Shown: positions 26,694 through 40,015, counted from the first letter of the stretch. The stretch is 64,000 nt of DNA from Podarcis pityusensis (GCA_964106645.2 OZ067047.1); one strand, 5' to 3'. Notes: generated from the letters alone by a model not told the origin. Numbers and translations: made by a program.

Positions 26694-29600
26694 AATCTAT
26701 CTAGGATCTGTTTTGGAAAGAAGCCAAACTTGCCCTGAGTTGAGATGCAGGTATTTGTTACTGACCTGGTTTTGAATCCGTCTTTCGTTTAAGAGCAGCA
26801 CATTTTTCACCCATCCTGTCAGGGACGCTTTAAGCAGACAGTATAAATAGAGCAGAATTGGGTTGCGTTTTTTAAAAGAGCCTTAAAGCATGCCAACCAT
26901 CTAAATAAGTTTCCGGTTCCTATCAAACTTCTCTTTTTCCTACAATGAAAATGCTACTTCATGAATAGAGCAGGAATTCCCCCCACCCCAACCTTTTTGT
27001 TGTTGTTGCAAACTTTGTATACAAACCCTGGTATAGCTGCACCTTCTCTGTCTCCTTATCTCACTGCACGGTGCTTATGCCAGCCACATTATGCATAACA
27101 GGGGACATCTGTCTGTCTCCCTGTTAATTCAGGTATCCCTCTTCTCAGCATTTTGCACATTGCTGGCGTTCTCGCATAAGTAAATTGCAGGCTGGGGCTC
27201 TAGAGAGACGTTGGGCAGACATATGCATAGCTCTTCCATTGTAAAGAGATGGCCAGAATGCAGCAGTGTATGCATACCCAAGGGAAAGCTGGGGGAAAGG
27301 TTCTGTTTATTACAATTATTTATATCACACATTTCAAGACATTGGTGGTAGACAGACCTGTGGGGTGTAGGGAAGGGAAATTTGACTGGAGCAGGCTCTA
27401 AGGTGGCTTTTGCCTGTGTCCTTCAATGAACTCCATGCTGATCCCTTTCCATGCACACAGCTGAACTGGCAGGCAGTGCTCAACTTACCAGAGGGGGTAG
27501 GGCACCATTAGATGCTGTTTTGCGAAGCTTATGAGGGACACACACACAATTTGACTAAAGTTGGTCAGTGTGGGGTGACCCCATCATGGATTTCATTAAG
27601 GGCTTCCTACTTCCACCTCTCTGCACTCAGTAATGTACCAACTGCCTGCAGGATGTGTGCCATTAATCGTGATTGTACTTTGAGACTGGCATCCAAAATA
27701 GGGAGTGTACTGATTTCACATCATTTTAGAAATATCATGCAATGCCTTTGTCCCTTTGCTTCTGTTCTGTCCATGAACAGAACTCCCTGTGCAGGATAAT
27801 ACTTAGACACAAACCGCCATAAATTAATTCTTCCTTATAATGCTTTCCTAGTCTGGCCACTGATTATTTTGTTCCTTCCTCCCTGCATTTGAAATTCAGC
27901 ATGCGAAACCCGACAGAACAGAAGCACTTGGAACATGCTTCTGTCCTCCAGCAAGTTCAACAGAAAGAGCATTGCCTGAATCTAGCATTTTTCATCTTCA
28001 AAGCATTGCATGGACATTGGCTAATTAATCTTCCCTGCACTCTTGGGAAGGAGGTGACTAAGTACCCAGTGCTATTATGTCGAGCGGCATAAAAATCAAA
28101 GGAATTAAGAGATGGGAAAAGACACGGTCTAGCAGAGTAGGTCATGTTTGTTTCCCATGCGCAATCACCTCTGGCTAATGTGCAGAATTATTCTCTACAT
28201 ATTGTTCTCCAGGGCTCTTGTCGAGTCAAGTTTTAAACAGCTTTAGTAACACGATTTCCAGCCAGCTCCCCTAGGATGCTCTTCCCCAGTCTGCTATATC
28301 ACTCAGTGGGAGAAATGCTGGCTGTTACTAAGGCTCAGAGTTTGCTCATTTTGCAGCTCCCCCACCCCTCCCCTCTTGCTGGTTTTGGTACAGAGTTTAG
28401 CAGGTTTGCCAGAGAGAAGGAGGCCTTTCTTCCTTGTTCCCCTTTCCCTTTCTGGGCTATGTGTCACATCTCAGAAGACTGCTTTAGTTTGGATTACTGC
28501 TCTACCTGGTGAAGTTGCTGCCTATAAATTTCCACCCACCTAGTGACTTGGCAGTTCCATGCTATGGAAATAGAAGGAAGGGTAGAGAGAAACTGAAATC
28601 TCCCTCAGCATGGGTCAATAGGCTGGCTTCTCTGCATGCTAACTTCCTGTAGTCTTATTTTACCCTTAAGGTCATTTTGCTGTTACAAGGCGGTACATAA
28701 GGGACATTGTGAGTCCCTCTAGCTCAGTATTGTCTACCCCATAATGTCAAAATGCATCACCCCAGGGGTTCAGAGTCTTTCCCAGCCATTTCTGGAGATG
28801 CTGGGGATGAGACCGTTTGCTTGCTAAACATGTGTACTATCCTGAGCTATGGTTCTTCCAACAGCAATATTGCAGCTGTCAATCAGCACTAGGGAGCTTT
28901 CTCATAGAAAGGCACTCCTAGGTTGAAAGCAGCAGCACTTTGAAATAAGTCACTGCTATTCCCAGGATTCTGGCTTAGGGGTGCGTGGTGTTAGTTTCTG
29001 TGTGTTGCCACTGTGCAGTGCTCTTGGAGTCACAAGACTCTGTTTACATTCCAGAAACATTCCAGGCTATTGGAAGTCTCACGGAAGACAGGAGACGGAT
29101 GTGATGTTACTGGTTTCCTGTTCCTTTGTTTTTCAGTTGCTCTCTGCTCTCACAGAGAGAGGATGTATATTTCTTTCTGTCTGCGTAGCTTAGTAATAAA
29201 ACCTAGCATGTAGCTCATACCTATCTCATCACTTCCGCGTGCTGTTTTGATTCTCTGCTGAATGGGGGATGTGCCTGGAGCCTTATCAGAGGCTCAGGTT
29301 GTTAATCACGTCGGAGGGCGATTCTGAAGGACTCAGGTGGAGGAAGATGAGCTTTATCAGCTCGGTCGAACACAGATTCCAACACATGGTTCAAAAGCCC
29401 CATAGGAAACACTATGCTTCTGTGAAAAGTGGCATTTTCACTGGGAACTAAGCAATCAACCATGGACAATCAGTTGGCCATACATTATGTTGACAAGGGT
29501 GGTTTACCTACAGACTGCATTCACAAATATGGGGGGAGGGGAATATTTCTTACTTTGATTGCTGCTATGGGTCTCCCACCGTGACACCAAAATGTTTTTT

Positions 29601-30360
29601 GTGTAAAATGCTCATCAATTTTAAAAAATAGGTGGTTTTGTTGTTGTTGTTTTAAAAAAGAACGCTCTTGTGGGTTCCCTATTCTGATTCTGTGATGCAA
29701 AAATGATTGTGACCCCAACCCAAATTTGCCCTTTTAAGAAACACACACACAAAGAAGATCAAATAATTATCCATACCCACTCTTAACCATGAATCAAAAT
29801 GGTCCTCAGCCTGAAAGAGGTTAGTCATGCCCGATATAGTTAATGTTCACCATTTTAGGCCCTGCGATGAAGACAAGATGTAAGCATCAGCATTGTACAG
29901 AATATCAAGTAGAATATATATTATCAGTGTATTTTTACATTTCTCTTTTGGGTTATAATCTCAAGCACACTTACAGTCCAGTTCTAACCCTAAGAAAATT
30001 CCAGTGATAAGTATACATATGCTTGCAGTCCTACCAAGATGAAAGTCCTGCTGAATTCTGTGCGACTTACTTATTAATAAAGCCATTAGGACCGGCCACT
30101 AAGTCTCTAATGGATTGCTACTATACCAAGGCATGAAGTACAAGCTAGCTATTCAGATTTTAAAATTTCACACGTGCTCTTGCATAATAACCCTGCCCAT
30201 GTGCTTTTAACAGTGGAATCATAATGTGACTGTTCTAGTGATTAAACCCTTTTTTAAAAATCAGGATACTTGCTTCATGTCAACTTGACCTAAATAACCT
30301 TTTTTTCTGGGAGGCGGGGAGCACAATTTCAGTAGCTGTGCTTTATCCCATATCTTCTAA

Positions 30361-30605
30361 CGTGGGTAGGCAAACTAAGGCTCAGGGGCCGGATCTGGCC
30401 CAATCGCCTTCTAAATCCGGCCCATGGATGGTCAGCGTGTTTTTACATGAGCAGAATGTGTGCTTTTATTTAAAATGCATCTCTGAGTTACTTGTGGGGC
30501 ATAGGAATTCGTTCCTTTTTCCCCCCTTCAAAATATAGTCCGGCCCCCCACAAGGTCTGAGGGACAGTGGAACGGCCTCCTTCTGAAAAAGTTTGCTGAC
30601 CCCTG
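30361..30605. mobile_element. hAT-type MITE (degenerate 5' TIR)
   Basis: GGGTAGGCAAACT...AGTTTGCTGACCCCTG with GGCCC subterminal repeats. Confidence 0.65.
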
Positions 30606-32749
30606 TTCTAGAATATAAAAAACAGCAATGATAGCAACAATGGAAAAAAAAATACCAACAACACAGGCCATGAAGAGAACCCAGTATTTACCAGATTGAG
30701 TTGGAAGATGTTCTCTCAATAAGATGCCACCTCCCTCTGGACACAACAGGCAGGATCTTCAAAGACTTTTGCCTCCTCCTCCAGGGTGAGGAGTTGCCCT
30801 ACCATCCTTCCCACGGTTCAAGCATGAAAGGTTGGGTCTCTGTTTTGCTCTAAAATCTCCAACTTTTTGAACTGTTTTGTGACTTTGTATCCTCTTCCCT
30901 TTAAGTTATGAGGTGTTTTTGTGTGGGTTTGTGTTTCCCCACCTATCTCAGTCAGCAAAAGGACTTAAAAAGATATCTTTGTATTTCCCCATTTGTGCTG
31001 GGGTTTTCCCTGTTCTTGTGGTTCTTTTCCCAGCACTTGGAGGCTGGGGGAAGGTTTCTTCTAACCCTGACTGACTGATCCCTGGGCACTTTGCATGTGG
31101 CCATTCGTGCACTACTGCATTGAGTGGACCTGCCATTACTAAGAGCTCATAGCACTTTCTTTTTTCTCAGCAATGGGCCCATAATTACTCAAGCAAGTGG
31201 GGACCCCATTTGAGCCAGGTCTAGGGCTTGTTGCTGGATTTGGCAAGTCCCACACTCACCATCTCAAGCAAGACTGCCTTTGAAAGGGAGTTCAGCACCT
31301 GGAATGTAGGTGTTCCTTTTCTCATCTATAGCTGGCCATTCCTACTCTCTGTACAGGGGTGCTAAGTGCATTACATAAATCCTTTGGGACCCCTGCCCAT
31401 TCAGAGCTGGTGTGGAGCAAGGCTGCATTGGGGTCTCACACTTACTCTATTAAGTGGGACTGCCAAAAGGTGGCCAGGTCCTTTCCTACAGGGTCTTCAG
31501 TGTGCCATTGCAGAGGTGTAATTTGCTACATAATTCTCTTGTACATCTCCCCTACACCGCATTTTTCACCTGCTAGTTCTGTCTATTTCATTTGCCTTTC
31601 ATAACCACACAGCGTGTCTGGTTGAGGGGGTTCCTTTGTTGGCATGAGTACTCATTACCAAGATTCCCACCAATTTCTTCTGTGCTTTTGTGGGACAGGA
31701 TTAATGGCTACCCCTGCTGAAATGACAGAGGCGGCCCTTCACCTCTCAGGGGATGATGAAACATCTGACTCAAAATGATTCTGTTGCAGATACAATTGGC
31801 TTTCATGGGCATGTGATCTCAGCTTCTCCCAGTGTCTACAGTGGCAGCAACAGGTATCCTCTTTCTTTCAACCTCCTGCCTTTTCCCCTGCTTCTTTCTT
31901 AAGAAATTTATATCTAAGGAAATATCCTTATCATGGTCTGAGCACAATAGTCAATGTAAGTGCACAGCAAAGTGCACAAATTCTTCTCACAAGGATTCCA
32001 AGCACCACAGGAGTGAATTCTTGCAGTTCTAGCTCTTGGGAGGGGTAGAGGATTCTCCCTTTGGTTCATGTCTCATTATCTTCTTACTCTAGAGACCAGC
32101 TGTCCTCCAAAAGTTCTAGACTAGAGGGCTAAAAGGTCTGCTTCTGTTGCCATTACTCAGGAGCAGGCAATGCTGACATTGGCATCCACATGTCTGGGGG
32201 TCCCTCAGTACAAGTGGGGAGAACTGTCTGATTTGAACCAGTCACAATCTAAAGTTGTAGTGGAAGAGGGGTTGTTGTCCGAGGAGCAACATTGTCTTTT
32301 CTCTTGAAGTTTTATCCTAAGGCACATAGGATTCTGCAATTCACTGGTGATGGGACAGCCTCAGCTGATTCTTCCTCTCTAACAGGTGCTGGGTATGTGT
32401 GTGTGTCCCACTCTTTGACCACCACTCTTTTCCTGCCTCCCCCAACAAGGTCTGAATGAAGAAAAATCGCTGGAGAAAATTGTTGGGCAGGGTTGACCAA
32501 AAAAGGAAGACTTCCAACCCTTAGAGCCTTCTTTCTTAGCCCAAGGCAAGGCTTCTCTCTTACCTTTGTCTAGACCCTCAAATTTCAAAGCCTCCTGATT
32601 CCATAAGGGTGGCCAGAAGTCTTCTTCCACCTGACCATGATTAGTCCAGTCAGGGAGAAAACATCTGATGCTGAATGAGGTGTATGCAATTCAATTTGAG
32701 AGCATGCTTCGTTATCATTATGTCCCTACCCCTTGATCATGGCAATTTG

Positions 32750-33460
32750 TGAAGCATCCAAATTACATGAGGGCTATTCAACACCTAGTGAAGATAAATG
32801 CAATAGCATCTGTTCCCCCCTCAAGAGAGGTCTGGGGTCTAATAATTCTTTTTCTTAGCGTCTCAGAAGCACAGGGCCATTTGGGTTATTTTGGACCTAA
32901 AGTGGCAAAACTAGTGTTTAATAATAGTTTTAAATGTTGTAACCTGCCCTGTGACCTTAGGGTGAAGAGAAGGTAATAAACAAAATAAAAAACAGTAATA
33001 GTACAAGAAAACAAATCATTTCTAAATGGAGACCATGTGGTTCATCAGAGGCACTAAGAAAGGGAGACTGGATGGCCTCCACAGACCTTTCTGAGGCATA
33101 TCTCCATGGTGCTCTCAGCCCGTCACTGGTGCTTTCTACAACAACCTCTACCAGTACCGAGTTTTACCCTTAAGCCTCTTGGTGACACCAAGGATTTTCA
33201 TGAAGATACTGATGGCGGTGGCAGCTCATCTCCAGAGTTGCTCATATCCATCCTTATCTAGACACCTTGGTGAGGGCCCCATTAGTGGTCAGGTGCTAGA
33301 TGGACACCCAAACAATAGATTGCCTTCGCAATCTAGGGTTTCATGTTGAATCAAGAAAAGAGTTCCCTGGTTCTCACTCAGGTTCTCACTCAGCTGGGGT
33401 GGGGTGGAGACCTCCCGGATATGTTCTAGTTCAGGAAAGTAGAATTTCCATTTTCAGAAG
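32750..33460 (+). mobile_element. Decayed DIRS-type (tyrosine-recombinase retrotransposon) reverse transcriptase remnant
   Basis: Broken frames give AIQHLVKINAIASVP, ILDLK, KMET, DWMASTDLSEAYLH, YQYRVLPLSLLVTPRIFMKIL, HPYLD and LRNLGFHV. These match the order of DIRS RT motifs (SIDLKDAYFH; YQFRALPFGL..APRVFTK; YLDD; LGF). Confidence 0.75.
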
Positions 33461-33549
33461 AGAAGCAAACAATATAAATCTGTTAGAAATGGGAACTGGT
33501 CCAGAAGTAAAAGCAGCAGCTTTTAAAAATAAATGTCAAATAAAAGCTT

Positions 33550-33800
33550 GGGAAGTGTGGTGTAGTGGTTAAGAGCAGTAGTCTCATAATCTGGGGAACC
33601 GGGTTCGCGTCTCCGCTCTTCCACATGCAGCTGCTGGGTGACCTTGGGCTAGTCACACTTCTTTGAAGTCTCGCAGCCCCACTCACCTCAGAGTGTTTGT
33701 TGTGGGGGAGGAAGGGAAAGGAGTACGTTAGCCACTTTGAGACTCCTTCGGGTAGTGATAAAGCAGGATATCAAATCCAAACACCTCCTCCTCTTCTTCT
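33550..33800 (+). mobile_element. tRNA-derived CORE-type SINE (Squam3-like)
   Basis: A-box TGGTGTAGTGG, B-box GGTTCGCGTCT, core GGGTGACCTTGGGC, (TTC) tail. Second copy at 48162-48417. Confidence 0.8.
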
Positions 33801-33825
33801 TGGAGTCCATTCAAGCCTTAAACAG

Positions 33826-34150
33826 TAAAGGTAAAGGGACCCCTGACCATTAGGTCCAGTCGTGACCGACTCTGGGGTTGTGGCGCTCATCTCGCTTTGT
33901 TGGCCAAGGGAGCAGGCGTACAGCTTCCGGGTCATGTGGCCAGCATGAATAAGCCACTTCTGGCGAACCAGAGCAGCGCATGGAAACGCCATTTCCTATT
34001 TATCTACTTGCACTTTGACATGCTTTCAAACTGCTAGGTTGGCAGGAGCAGGGACCAAGCAACGAGAGCTCACGCCATAGCAGGGATTCGAACCGCTGAC
34101 CTTCCGATCGGCAAGCCCTAGGCTCTGTGGCTTAATCCACAGCGCCACTA
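33826..34150 (-). mobile_element. Sauria SINE
   Basis: (ACCTTT)-type tail read as TAAAGGTAAAGG, tRNA-like head with GGTTCGAATCC on the minus strand. Confidence 0.88.
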
Positions 34151-36114
34151 ACCTAAGCCTACATTCTAGATTTGAAAAGCAAGGCAGGAATGTGATGCTC
34201 TTACCTCTTACTATAGTATAGAGGCACAAAATTTATTGAACTAGTGATTAAAGATTTTATTTAAAGAGCTTGCCTCATGTAGGCTCCTTACACATTACAA
34301 ACCATGAAGGCAAACCTAGACCAGTAGTGCCCATATTTATGGCTGAACTGCTGATGGCATAGTACTTGATGTAGTGTAGTGACCTTTAAGCTTGTTGCTG
34401 CAATTCCTAAAGAAAAATATATGGAACATGTCAGGCCAAAAAGCTGTCATCAGCTGTTTAATCTTTGTGTAAGTTACCATCCATCATGAGAAAAGGTTCA
34501 TTTAAAGAGATGTGGTAAACAAGTCAAATACCTTACTGCTTCCATCAATCAGATAGAATCGTTTGGCATTTTAACAAGAAGTAGATGGGATTTTCCTTTT
34601 AGATATAAGTGTGATAACAGCAAATTACCAATTAGCACTGATAATTGACCAAACCCAATTAGCTGCCATGGCTTTTGTACCATTCAAGCCAGCAGTGAAA
34701 TAAAAGCAAAATGGAAATTGTAACTTTAAACATTTATTTGTGAACTGCTCTTTAATGCTGTATTTAGGAATTCTGTTTCCTGGATCCGATACCCAACACA
34801 TACAGTGGTTTTATAAGTAGCAGGAAGCTTAGCCTAGCCCTAAAGCTTCTGAGCATGATTGGTATTTAACAAAGGTCTTGCTACCATCTTGTGGTTACAC
34901 TGACAACTGCAAGGAATCACAAAGGAAAAAACACTAGCTACATACAGTACAAGGAAACAGCACAGGCAGCCTCTTGCATTTCAGGGCCACTTGGTCACAC
35001 GATTTACATTTTTCTCTATAGCTGTGCAGATGTATATCATGTATGAAATTAATTACATTTGAAATAGTTCTTGCTTCCCTTCAGCTGTTCTCCAGACCAA
35101 GTATGGTGATATCAAAATGCAGCAATAATAAATAAAGTAGTCTCTATTTTCCATATTGCATGAATTTAACCTACAAATATTTTCCACAATCAAGACCGTA
35201 ATATAGTAATGTTTACCTTTTCATACACACCACATATGTAAGCATATGTTGCACACCATCCTGCTCTCAAGAACAAAAAGGCAAGCCTTCATTTGCCACT
35301 GAAGTAGCAATGTTTCTAAAACTATCCATAATAAGGATAATTAATCTCAGAACTTGGGTAGGAAAACTAACCCATCGGGGAAGGGACAGGAGTACTATAG
35401 TAAAAAGAGCTGTGCTATTTGCAGCTTCTTCCCAACTACTCAATGTTCAACATAACATGTCTCTTCATGCTCATTCTACCCATACTCTGATACTAGACTG
35501 ATATGACCTACTTTGCTGTCAGTACTATATTCTGGAGACCTATTTTTAACTAGCACAAACAACAGATGTGTTTTACAATCTGACTGGACTCTGTGTGCCT
35601 ATCCATCAAAAAGGCCATTAATGTTCTAGGGCTGGTCAAGTTACCCATCCTCTTTTTGCGCAGATTGTCATTAAGGCTCTGCTTTACTCAACAAAGCATA
35701 ATTGCTAAGAGTCCACTAGACACCAGCATAAATGCACAGGCATGTAAGAGACACTTGCACCATTTTATGCTTGTATTAGAATTCAGAGGCAATTCTTCCA
35801 CTTAACTGTAGTTGCCAACCTGCAGCTGAATTTCTGGAATTAAAAGCCTTGTCCCATCAATTAGTTCTGGAAGCACAACATAGATTTACATTTAACTGCC
35901 TTTCCACGTTGACCTGCTGGCCATTTGACTGTCTGACTAGTTTCCAAACACAGAGTATTGGAAACCCCTCACAAGGCCATACAGACATACTGGATAAACC
36001 AAAGATGCCTATCTAGAAAGCCCAAAAGGTGGCTTTTCAGTCCTTGGACCAATTTGGCTATTTTGAAGCTATGTAATCTCTGCTTCTAGTGCCCCTGTCT
36101 TCTATTCAGTATTA

Positions 36115-36134
36115 TTTATTATTTAAACTTTATT
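36115..36134 (-). terminator. Candidate CENPM polyadenylation signals (two AATAAA)
   Basis: TTTATT on the + strand at about 36115-36120 and 36129-36134, 115-135 nt downstream of the stop codon. Confidence 0.5.
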
Positions 36135-36249
36135 TCTGAAACACACACAAACACACGCACGTATCATTATTAACTATAAATGACATGTGGCATCATTTTT
36201 AGTTTTTTAGTTCACCCAGAAATCACTGATAAGTGAAAAATAGAAAACT

Positions 36250-36390
36250 TTATTCCATGATACTGGAGTAATCAATGTAACTTCCCATTAACGAACTGAA
36301 GGAGAGTGCAGAAACTCCTGACACGTGACCAGCACATATTTGCAGCATCCGGAGCAGCTGTCGAGCTGTGGAAATCCTGGTACTCTCACA
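36250..36390 (-). CDS. CENPM: CENPM terminal coding exon ([46 protein letters not shown])
   Basis: 141 nt. Acceptor ctccctcttttag|, [14 protein letters not shown] motif, TAA stop. The six exons sum to 549 nt = 182 aa + stop, with consistent phases. Confidence 0.95.
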   Translation of the reverse strand, partial: CESTRISTARQLLRMLQICAGHVSGVSALSFSSLMGSYIDYSSIME

Positions 36391-37327
36391 CTAAAAGAGG
36401 GAGAGAGAGAAATCTAATAGTTGTAAGGAAGCTAAGGCCGATGCTGAGACAGAAACAGTCATCAATATACATTTGCTTCATATAACTGATAAAAACCAAA
36501 AGGTCACTAAAACCAAACCTAAAAGATAGGACTACCCCACTTATACTTAGCCTGGAGTTGTCCCAGTGTGCTAGAAGTCAAAAGGAGGTAGACTGCAATA
36601 CAGAAAGTATCTGAACAATGTCACAGGTAAATAAAACAAGCATCAACTCCAGTTCTACAACAGATGGGAGTTCTAAACCAAGCAAGAAGAGATGAGCCAT
36701 GTCCCACCTAAAAGTGGTGAGTGCAAACATGCCTGTATTTGAGACCTGGTTTGCTAACACAACCATAACTGAGAGCAAGAAAGGAAGGAATTAAAGGATA
36801 ACTGGATTAAAGCAGCATCCTGCCTTTCCCCAACATTGGAGCTGAAGAAATGGACGGGACCATCCTAGCAGTTGTCCGGTGATCCACCCGTCTTCTCCTA
36901 GGATTGGGGGGGAGGGGGCAGATGTTGTTTGACTGATATGTTGCCAAGGACCATAGAACAAATTAGCAAGCTCTCTGGCATGCTTTTTGCAGAAAGGTTG
37001 GTGGGGTGCTTCCTTGACCCAGGCACACAGTACATACTTAGGACAAAAGAAACACCCGATGACCACAATTTTAGCTCAGTGAGTAAGGAACTGTGGACCC
37101 CTGGTCAAACAACGTTGACAATTAGCTGTTTATCTCTCTTGTTTATCATTCTAGGTTTTCCAGACCCATACCTCTCTCCACGTCCTTTTAGTCATGGCCG
37201 GTGCCAATGGCCACAGTAGCTGAGAATGGAACAAGTGTACAAGCCCGGATAAGATACAAATTTGCAGTATTGGTTCACACTACAGTAAAAAAATAAATCA
37301 CACAGCAAAACCCCCAAGAATTCTTAC

Positions 37328-37419
37328 TTTCAGTTCACAGAATAGAACAGGGCTGCAGTAACAATCTGCCAGCTTCAAGACAGTGTCCACGTCCACACTG
37401 ATTTGATTCATTTCACATG
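37328..37419 (-). CDS. CENPM: CENPM coding exon 5 (CEMNQISVDVDTVLKLADCYCSPVLFCELK)
   Basis: 92 nt. Acceptor ctctttcatag|, donor |GTAAGA. Matches TVVKLAHTYQSPLLYCDLE. Confidence 0.95.
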
Positions 37420-37899
37420 CTATGAAAGAGAACAAAAAGAAATATATGTTCAGTCCTGTTTTTCCTGATACAACAGTATTTTTCTTGTGATTTATGCATA
37501 TTTATTTTCAGTGTGCATTCAAATACCAAAAATATTTTTTTTAAAAAAAACCACCTTCAAACATTAAAGCCAATGCTTTCTAGTATAATTGTGTAACATT
37601 AGTCTTTTAGTGGATGTAGACCACAATTTGGATATCGGACCCACTACAGAAGATCAAACTTGTATTTTAAAAAATGGTTCAAGTCATCTCTTAATAACGA
37701 AGCAGGAGTGCACCATTTTGAGGACTGAAGAGGAAGAAAACAATGTCAACAGCAAAATTCAGATGGAATCCTGTTACATTTGGGGCAATGCATCAGCTAC
37801 ACAATAAAGTTGTAGCTATGATGCTTTAAAAGCTTTAAATAATTAGCGAAAAACATTTGAAGAATAAAATGTGGAAGAAGAAATGTATTTTATACATAC

Positions 37900-37979
37900 C
37901 ACCTATGACCAGAAAGCACACTTTTCCAAGGAAAAAGTTGGCATCTACATGTAGCAGTGAAGATTCAATATCCTTAAAA
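37900..37979 (-). CDS. CENPM: CENPM coding exon 4 (FKDIESSLLHVDANFFLGKVCFLVIG)
   Basis: 80 nt. Acceptor tttttcaaccag|, donor |GTATGT. Contains the HVDxxFFLGKVCFL motif. Confidence 0.96.
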
Positions 37980-38182
37980 CTGGTTGAAAAACAAATAAAA
38001 AAGCACCCAGTGTGATAGTTGAAGCTGAAATATAGAAGTTGTGCAACACTAATCTGTGAGCTTCATGGCTATCAAGGCATCTCTGTCTTTGTTTGCCACA
38101 TCCATACCCAACACTCTAGCCACACTGACATTAACATTTTTAAAAGAAGAACTTCCTTCATACCCATCTTTCCTACACATAC

Positions 38183-38281
38183 CTGTATTTGCTTTTTACA
38201 TTAATCATAAAAACAATCAGATCAATTCGAGGCCGGATGTGATCTCTCTCTGCAGGTAAAGGAAGAGACCTTGTCAAGTGG
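38183..38281 (-). CDS. CENPM: CENPM coding exon 3 ([32 protein letters not shown])
   Basis: 99 nt. Acceptor ttctttcag|, donor |GTATGT. Contains the SLPLP...RPRIDLIVF motif of CENP-M. Confidence 0.96.
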
Positions 38282-38502
38282 CTGAAAGAAACCAAGGTGC
38301 ATTTTTAGTTAAGGCTACAAAACAGATAGATTTAACCTAAAGCTTTATAGGAAGGGGGAAACAGATATCACAAACACAGATTCATTCAACTAAACCACTT
38401 CAATCAGGAAGGTTGAAATCTTATAGAACATCTAACTGAACATAAGAGATCAAGCCAGTTGCAGTTTTAAATGGCTCTCTCTAAAGTCTGAATATGTTAA
38501 CT

Positions 38503-38633
38503 CAGGCTTCCTCAATCTCAGCCCTCCAGATGATTTTGGCCTACAACTCCCATGATCCCTAGCTAGCAGGACCAGTGGTCAGGGATGATGGGAATTGTAG
38601 TCTAAAAAAAATCTGGAGGGCCAAGGAAGCCTG
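38503..38633. mobile_element. Palindromic hAT-type MITE in CENPM intron 2 (related to 13459-13594)
   Basis: CAGGCTTCCT...AGGAAGCCTG. Perfect 8-bp TSD TGTTAACT. Confidence 0.88.
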
Positions 38634-39126
38634 TGTTAACTCTACAAGCTGCTGAACAATGCAACAGCACTATTACATTAGTGAAGGCTATACACTTTAG
38701 GCTCTCCAAACTGAAGAGAGTATCTACCACTGCCGAGTCCAGAGTGAACTGTGCCCCAGAAAACAGACACAGAAACATAGAATTGTAAAATTGGAAGGGA
38801 CCCTGAGGATCATCTAGTCCAACCACCTGCAATGCAGGAATGTGCAGCCATCCTATATGCGAATCGAACCTGTAGCCTTGCTACATGTATAAATAAAATC
38901 AAGAACTCAGTATTGCAAGGACCATTAATGGGTTGTAAGATTCTGCTTGTTTTAGAACATAACACTTTCTCCACCATCATAACAACCTTGCAGTAGAAAA
39001 CAGTTCACTACCGTAGAACAATGGTGTTCCATAGTAACCTCAAAACAGAAAGGAGAACAAAAAACTAGTATCTTTCAAATGGTAGTTTCCAGATTTGAGA
39101 GAAATTTAAGTTCTCTCACCACTTAC

Positions 39127-39206
39127 ATATTTATTTTAAAATCTTCTTTTTCCTTAAGCATTGTCTCTGCTAGCTGCTCTTGGAAATCTTCATTTGTTCC
39201 CACCAA
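39127..39206 (-). CDS. CENPM: CENPM coding exon 2 (LVGTNEDFQEQLAETMLKEKEDFKIN)
   Basis: 80 nt. Acceptor tttctttaatag|, donor |GTAAGT. Matches CENP-M LVGTEDALLQQLADSMLKED. Confidence 0.95.
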
Positions 39207-39340
39207 CTATTAAAGAAAAATAAAATTTGGCTAATAGCTGAGAAAAAAAGGAATTATGAATAAGAGATCAATTAACGAGTTACCTGCCCCAAAGTCCCCA
39301 TCTCCCTCCACACCTCATTTTTCAAGTCCAGCCCCTATGC

Positions 39341-39588
39341 CAGAGGTCAGCAACCTAAGGCCCATGGGCCGGAAGTAGCCCACGGAGGTCATTTGACTGG
39401 CCCATGAGCCGCCCCTGAACCGAGCTGCCTGCTTGCACGCTGTGCTAAACCGGCGCAGCACTGTGTGGGTACTTGCTTCCATGGCGCTGGAAATCCCGTC
39501 TGCGCAGATGCAGGAATTCGCAGGCGCACGCAGAGGAATCTCCGCGGGACCAATCCAGCCCAGGCAAGATAAACCTTGCCAACCCCTG
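39341..39588. mobile_element. hAT MITE in CENPM intron 1
   Basis: CAGAGGTCAGCAA...TTGCCAACCCCTG. Perfect 8-bp TSD CCCTATGC. Confidence 0.85.
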
Positions 39589-39692
39589 CCCTATGCCCAA
39601 CTCTCTGTTTGTCTTAAGCTGCCTTCCGGGATCTGACACCCTCAGGAAGTTTTGGGCTGCAGTTTTGCTGGCAAGGAATGATAGGAGTTGTA

Positions 39693-40015
39693 AGGTAAAG
39701 GACCCCTGGATGGTTAAGTCCAGTCAATGACGACTATGGGGCTGCGGTGCTCATCTCACTTTCAGGCCGAGGGAGACAGTGTTTGTTAACAGACAGCTTT
39801 CTGGGTCGTGTGGCTAGCATGACTAAACCGCTTCTGGAGCAACAGAACACCATGACGGAAACCAGAGGGCACGGAAATGCCGTTTACCTTTGCCCCACAA
39901 TGGTACCTATTTATCTGCTTGCACTGGCGTGCTTTCAAACTGCAAGGTTGGCAGGAGCTAGGACAGAGCAATGGGAGCTCACCCTGTCATGGGGATTTGA
40001 ACCGCCGACCTTCTG
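39693..40015 (-). mobile_element. Sauria SINE, 5'-truncated, in CENPM intron 1
   Basis: Similar to 33826-34150. TSD GGAGTTGTA at 39684-39692 and 40016-40024. Confidence 0.85.

Noticed and set aside
31291-31307. REST/NRSE site (TTCAGCACC...)
   Set aside because: Only the left half-site matches; the GGACAG half is absent.
33550-33625. tRNA gene
   Set aside because: A/B boxes belong to a SINE head. There is no full cloverleaf and the sequence continues into SINE core.
1-36000. TNFRSF13C/SHISA8 coding exons expected from mammalian synteny
   Set aside because: I looked for the BAFF-R motifs CFDxLVRxC and PxPATELG and did not find them. LSCFDRSP near 20090 is chance sequence at the L1 target site.
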